Positions 61,237-64,000 of a stretch of 64,000 bases of DNA are shown one piece after another (the first letter of the stretch is position 1; each line of letters opens with the position of its first letter). The position numbers were made by a program, and so were the translations under genes. The notes beneath the pieces are model-generated. The model did not search any database and had not been told where the DNA came from. It saw only the letters and a list, made by a program, of their open reading frames with translations. Location of the stretch: the NCBI GenBank assembly GCA_963775685.1, contig CAVZJV010000014.1, positions 1,632,001 to 1,696,000 of the forward strand, read 5' to 3'. The stretch is from Candidatus Bathyarchaeota archaeon (GTDB lineage: Archaea > Thermoproteota > Bathyarchaeia > Bathyarchaeales > Bathycorpusculaceae).

Positions 61237-61525
61237 ACCTCAGTACCAGATATGGATGGTTTAGTTATTTTAGTTTCCCCAAATAGAGGCTCTGTTTCTG
61301 TGTTACTTGGGCCATTGCTTCACACCTGCAACTTGGTACTTTCGTTGATGGATAACAGCAGGTTTTTGTGGAAACTGATGTTGTTGTTAGGTGAGGCTCA
61401 TCCACATCGTCTTCAGAAAAAACAACCCTCTTCCCAAACGATCATTAAACCGCGTCGCATTAATAGAGTTTGCTTCAGTTAAGCCCATATTGATTTATTA
61501 GTGACGCACACAAAATACTCGCACG

Positions 61526-62467
61526 GTGACTTATGTGATTGATTGGTCGCAGAAAGAGCTGTTAATTTTAGCGTTTGACCATCGAGCGTCGTTCTTAGAA
61601 AAAATGTTCGGCATCAAAGGTCGTCAACCAACCCCCCAAGAAAAGCAGCAAATCGAAGACTACAAGAAAATAATTTTTGAAGGATTCCGATTAGCCACAG
61701 AGAAAAACGTCCCCAAAGAAATTGCGGGTTTACTTGTGGATGAAGAGTTCGGAGCTAGTGTTTTGCGTGAAGCAAAAAAAGAGGGGTTAATGTTTGCTAT
61801 GCCTGTGGAGAAGTCAGGTCAAGAAGAGTTTGACTTTGACTATGGAGACAACTTTGCCAAACACATCGAAGAGTTTGACCCAACTTTCGTGAAAGTTCTG
61901 GTACGCTACAACCCAGAAGGCGACGCTGCAATTAACAAGAGGCAGCTTGAACGGCTAAAGAAACTTAGTGACTATCTAGCCCAGAAGAAAAGACCGTTCC
62001 TCTTTGAATTGATAGTTCCCTCAACATCGTCTCAGTTGGCAAAGCTTGGCGGGTCAAAAGGAAAATATGATCAGGAACTCCGCCCTAACCTCATGGTTGA
62101 CTCCATAAAAGAGATTCAGGATGCGGGTGTGGAACCAGTCATCTGGAAACTCGAAGGCGTGGACAAGCCAGAATCAGCCAAAGCTGTGGTTAAGCAAGCT
62201 CAGAGCGGCGGTAGAAAAGTTGGCGTAATAACCTTGGGACGCGGTGAATCCAAAGAGAAAGTACAGGAATGGCTTAAAGTCGGGGCAAAAATCCCAGGCA
62301 TCATTGGCTTCGCGGTTGGAAGAACTATTTTCTGGGAGCCACTTGCAGATCACAAATCAGGCAAAACCAACAGGAAAGAAGCTATGGAAAAAGTCGCTCA
62401 AACCTACCAAGAGTTCGCTGATTTATGGCTAAATGAATGTAAGGGCAAAATGGAGATAAAAAAATGA
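61526..62467 (+). CDS. DUF2090 / class I aldolase-like TIM barrel
   Basis: LAFDHR, EKSG, KVLVRY, WKLEG, LGRG, GFAVGRTIF. Confidence 0.85.
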   Translation: MTYVIDWSQKELLILAFDHRASFLEKMFGIKGRQPTPQEKQQIEDYKKIIFEGFRLATEKNVPKEIAGLLVDEEFGASVLREAKKEGLMFAMPVEKSGQEEFDFDYGDNFAKHIEEFDPTFVKVLVRYNPEGDAAINKRQLERLKKLSDYLAQKKRPFLFELIVPSTSSQLAKLGGSKGKYDQELRPNLMVDSIKEIQDAGVEPVIWKLEGVDKPESAKAVVKQAQSGGRKVGVITLGRGESKEKVQEWLKVGAKIPGIIGFAVGRTIFWEPLADHKSGKTNRKEAMEKVAQTYQEFADLWLNECKGKMEIKK

Positions 62468-63447
62468 CCTCATTAAGGTCGTTATCGCCTTCTTTAATAA
62501 GAATCACAACCGCTGGAGCAGTAGGAGCAGCATTACACATAGGCAAAGGTGATCCAGACAAAGTTGACCAAACTGCCTTGGATTTTTCCAGGGCTGTGCT
62601 AAACCAAACCGAAGTCGATGGAGAAGTCATCTGCTGCGAAGGACCAAAAGACAATGCCCCAGCATTCAGCTACATGGAAAAAGTCGGTACCGGAAATGGT
62701 CCCAAAGTAGAGTTTGTCATCGACCAAGTGGACGGGACTACTGCAACTTCCAAAGGAAAAAAAGACGCAATCTCAGCATTAGCATGCGCGCCATCAGGGT
62801 GTTTGAAAATTTTACCAGATGACGGTTACTACTTCAAAGTCGCCACCGATGGTATCGCGAAAGGAAAGATTAACCTGGAAATGTCAGTTGAAGAAATAGT
62901 TGAGACCATCGCTAAACTGAAGAATAGACCCTTGGCAAATTTCACGGTTATTATGCTTGAGCGCGAAAGACACACTGAATTGCTTGCAAAGCTAAGAAAA
63001 ATGGGTGTAAGAATCATCCTCATCACCGATGGCGATATCGCGGGCTCCATTGTTACATGCTTATCTGATTCAGGCGTTGACTTGCTTATAGGAGCAGGAG
63101 CGGGAGCAGAAGCCACAATCGCGGCGGTAGCAGTGAAATGCCTTGGCGGAACCATGCTCATTAAGGTTTGGAAGGACAAAAAAGATGATGCCAAACGAAT
63201 GGACCGGTTAAAAGCGGCAGGCATTGACGTTGAAAAAACCTACACGGAAGACGAGTTAGCAAAGGGCAACGAAATGATTTTTGCAGCTTCAGGCGTAACG
63301 AAAGGCGAATTACTAGATGGTGTACGGTTCACTTCTGGCGGTGCAACCGTCCAATCGATTTGCACAAGACTGCCCAGCGGCACCCTAGAGTGGTCAACCA
63401 CTAACTTGAAGTTCGGAGACCACCCCATCTACAGCCAAATAACCTAA
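62464..63447 (+). CDS. glpX: Class II fructose-1,6-bisphosphatase
   Basis: EGPKDNAP, DQVDGT, RERH, ITDGD, SGVTKGELL. Confidence 0.9.
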   Translation: MTSLRSLSPSLIRITTAGAVGAALHIGKGDPDKVDQTALDFSRAVLNQTEVDGEVICCEGPKDNAPAFSYMEKVGTGNGPKVEFVIDQVDGTTATSKGKKDAISALACAPSGCLKILPDDGYYFKVATDGIAKGKINLEMSVEEIVETIAKLKNRPLANFTVIMLERERHTELLAKLRKMGVRIILITDGDIAGSIVTCLSDSGVDLLIGAGAGAEATIAAVAVKCLGGTMLIKVWKDKKDDAKRMDRLKAAGIDVEKTYTEDELAKGNEMIFAASGVTKGELLDGVRFTSGGATVQSICTRLPSGTLEWSTTNLKFGDHPIYSQIT

Positions 63448-63509
63448 CACCCATTCTTTGGGCAAAAATTTCTTTTAATTAAAATTAATAAAAATTTAGA
63501 ATTGAGGAG

Positions 63510-64000
63510 TTAACTGTGACTATGGTTGTGAGATTGGTCGTCTTCTGTTGGAATAACTTGACCAGATAGTTTGACCAATTCAAGATATCGATGCTCCACG
63601 ATTTCTTGAAGTTGTTTGCGAAGGGTCTCTCCGACAACAATTCTTTTTTTTAGCAAAATGGTTTTTTTGGCTAACTCCTCATCACCTAACCCCTTAAACC
63701 ATGCTTCAAAATCTCCCCTCTGCATATGAAAATCTACTGAGGCTAGGTCCGCTCGGTCAAGCTTGTTTGCAAAGTCTCTTAGGCTGTGAGCATGAATGTT
63801 TAGAGGTTTTCCAAATGTGGCATAGAAGTTAAATGCCTTATCATGCGGCGCGTATGCCAATATTGCATCAGCCTTTTCTTTAGTGATTCCGGTTATGCCG
63901 AGCATTTTTTTCCCTTTCTCGGTAATAGCATAAAGTCCTTTCTCCGGCATAGCCACGTAACCCATTTTGATGAGCCCTAAAAGGTGCATGTTGGTGGGCT
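63510..64000 (-). CDS. wHTH + DUF5752-like protein (5' end probably beyond window)
   Basis: AFNFY...AHSLRDF...FHMQRGDFEAWF. Confidence 0.7.
   Translation of the reverse strand, partial: PTNMHLLGLIKMGYVAMPEKGLYAITEKGKKMLGITGITKEKADAILAYAPHDKAFNFYATFGKPLNIHAHSLRDFANKLDRADLASVDFHMQRGDFEAWFKGLGDEELAKKTILLKKRIVVGETLRKQLQEIVEHRYLELVKLSGQVIPTEDDQSHNHSHS

Noticed and set aside
60946-61482. 178-aa plus-strand ORF and the many other antisense ORFs in the track
   Set aside because: Shadows of well-supported genes on the opposite strand
1-64000. CRISPR array, cas genes, rRNA, intact transposase or integrase
   Set aside because: No regularly spaced repeats or diagnostic motifs seen

Overview
Archaeal chromosomal window. 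Gene content and tRNA style suggest Bathyarchaeia (inferred, not searched). 1-2.6 kb: three-gene polB2 cassette (polB2 runs off the left edge). 2.9-6.2 kb: decayed accessory patch with a tRNA-3'-end relic, an intact terminase large subunit and a broken HTH gene, but no capsid, portal or integrase. 6-21 kb: membrane, transport and housekeeping genes. 21.6-28.3 kb: his operon lacking hisE, with frameshifts in hisG and hisD that are probably assembly errors. 29-34 kb: box C/D sRNA, initiator tRNA-Met, ribophorin-like protein. 34-55 kb: metal and oxidative stress cluster (CopA, PDO, FprA, rubrerythrin, SOD, ferredoxins, FTR-rubredoxin, Bcp, Nth, ferritin-like proteins, three KGG/GsiB proteins). 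57-60.7 kb: stacked att-like relics beside tRNA-Arg(CCG). 61.5-63.4 kb: DUF2090 aldolase-like gene plus glpX. Several small ORFs missing from the ORF track were translated by hand. No CRISPR array or rRNA was seen. All family calls come from motif recognition, not database searches.
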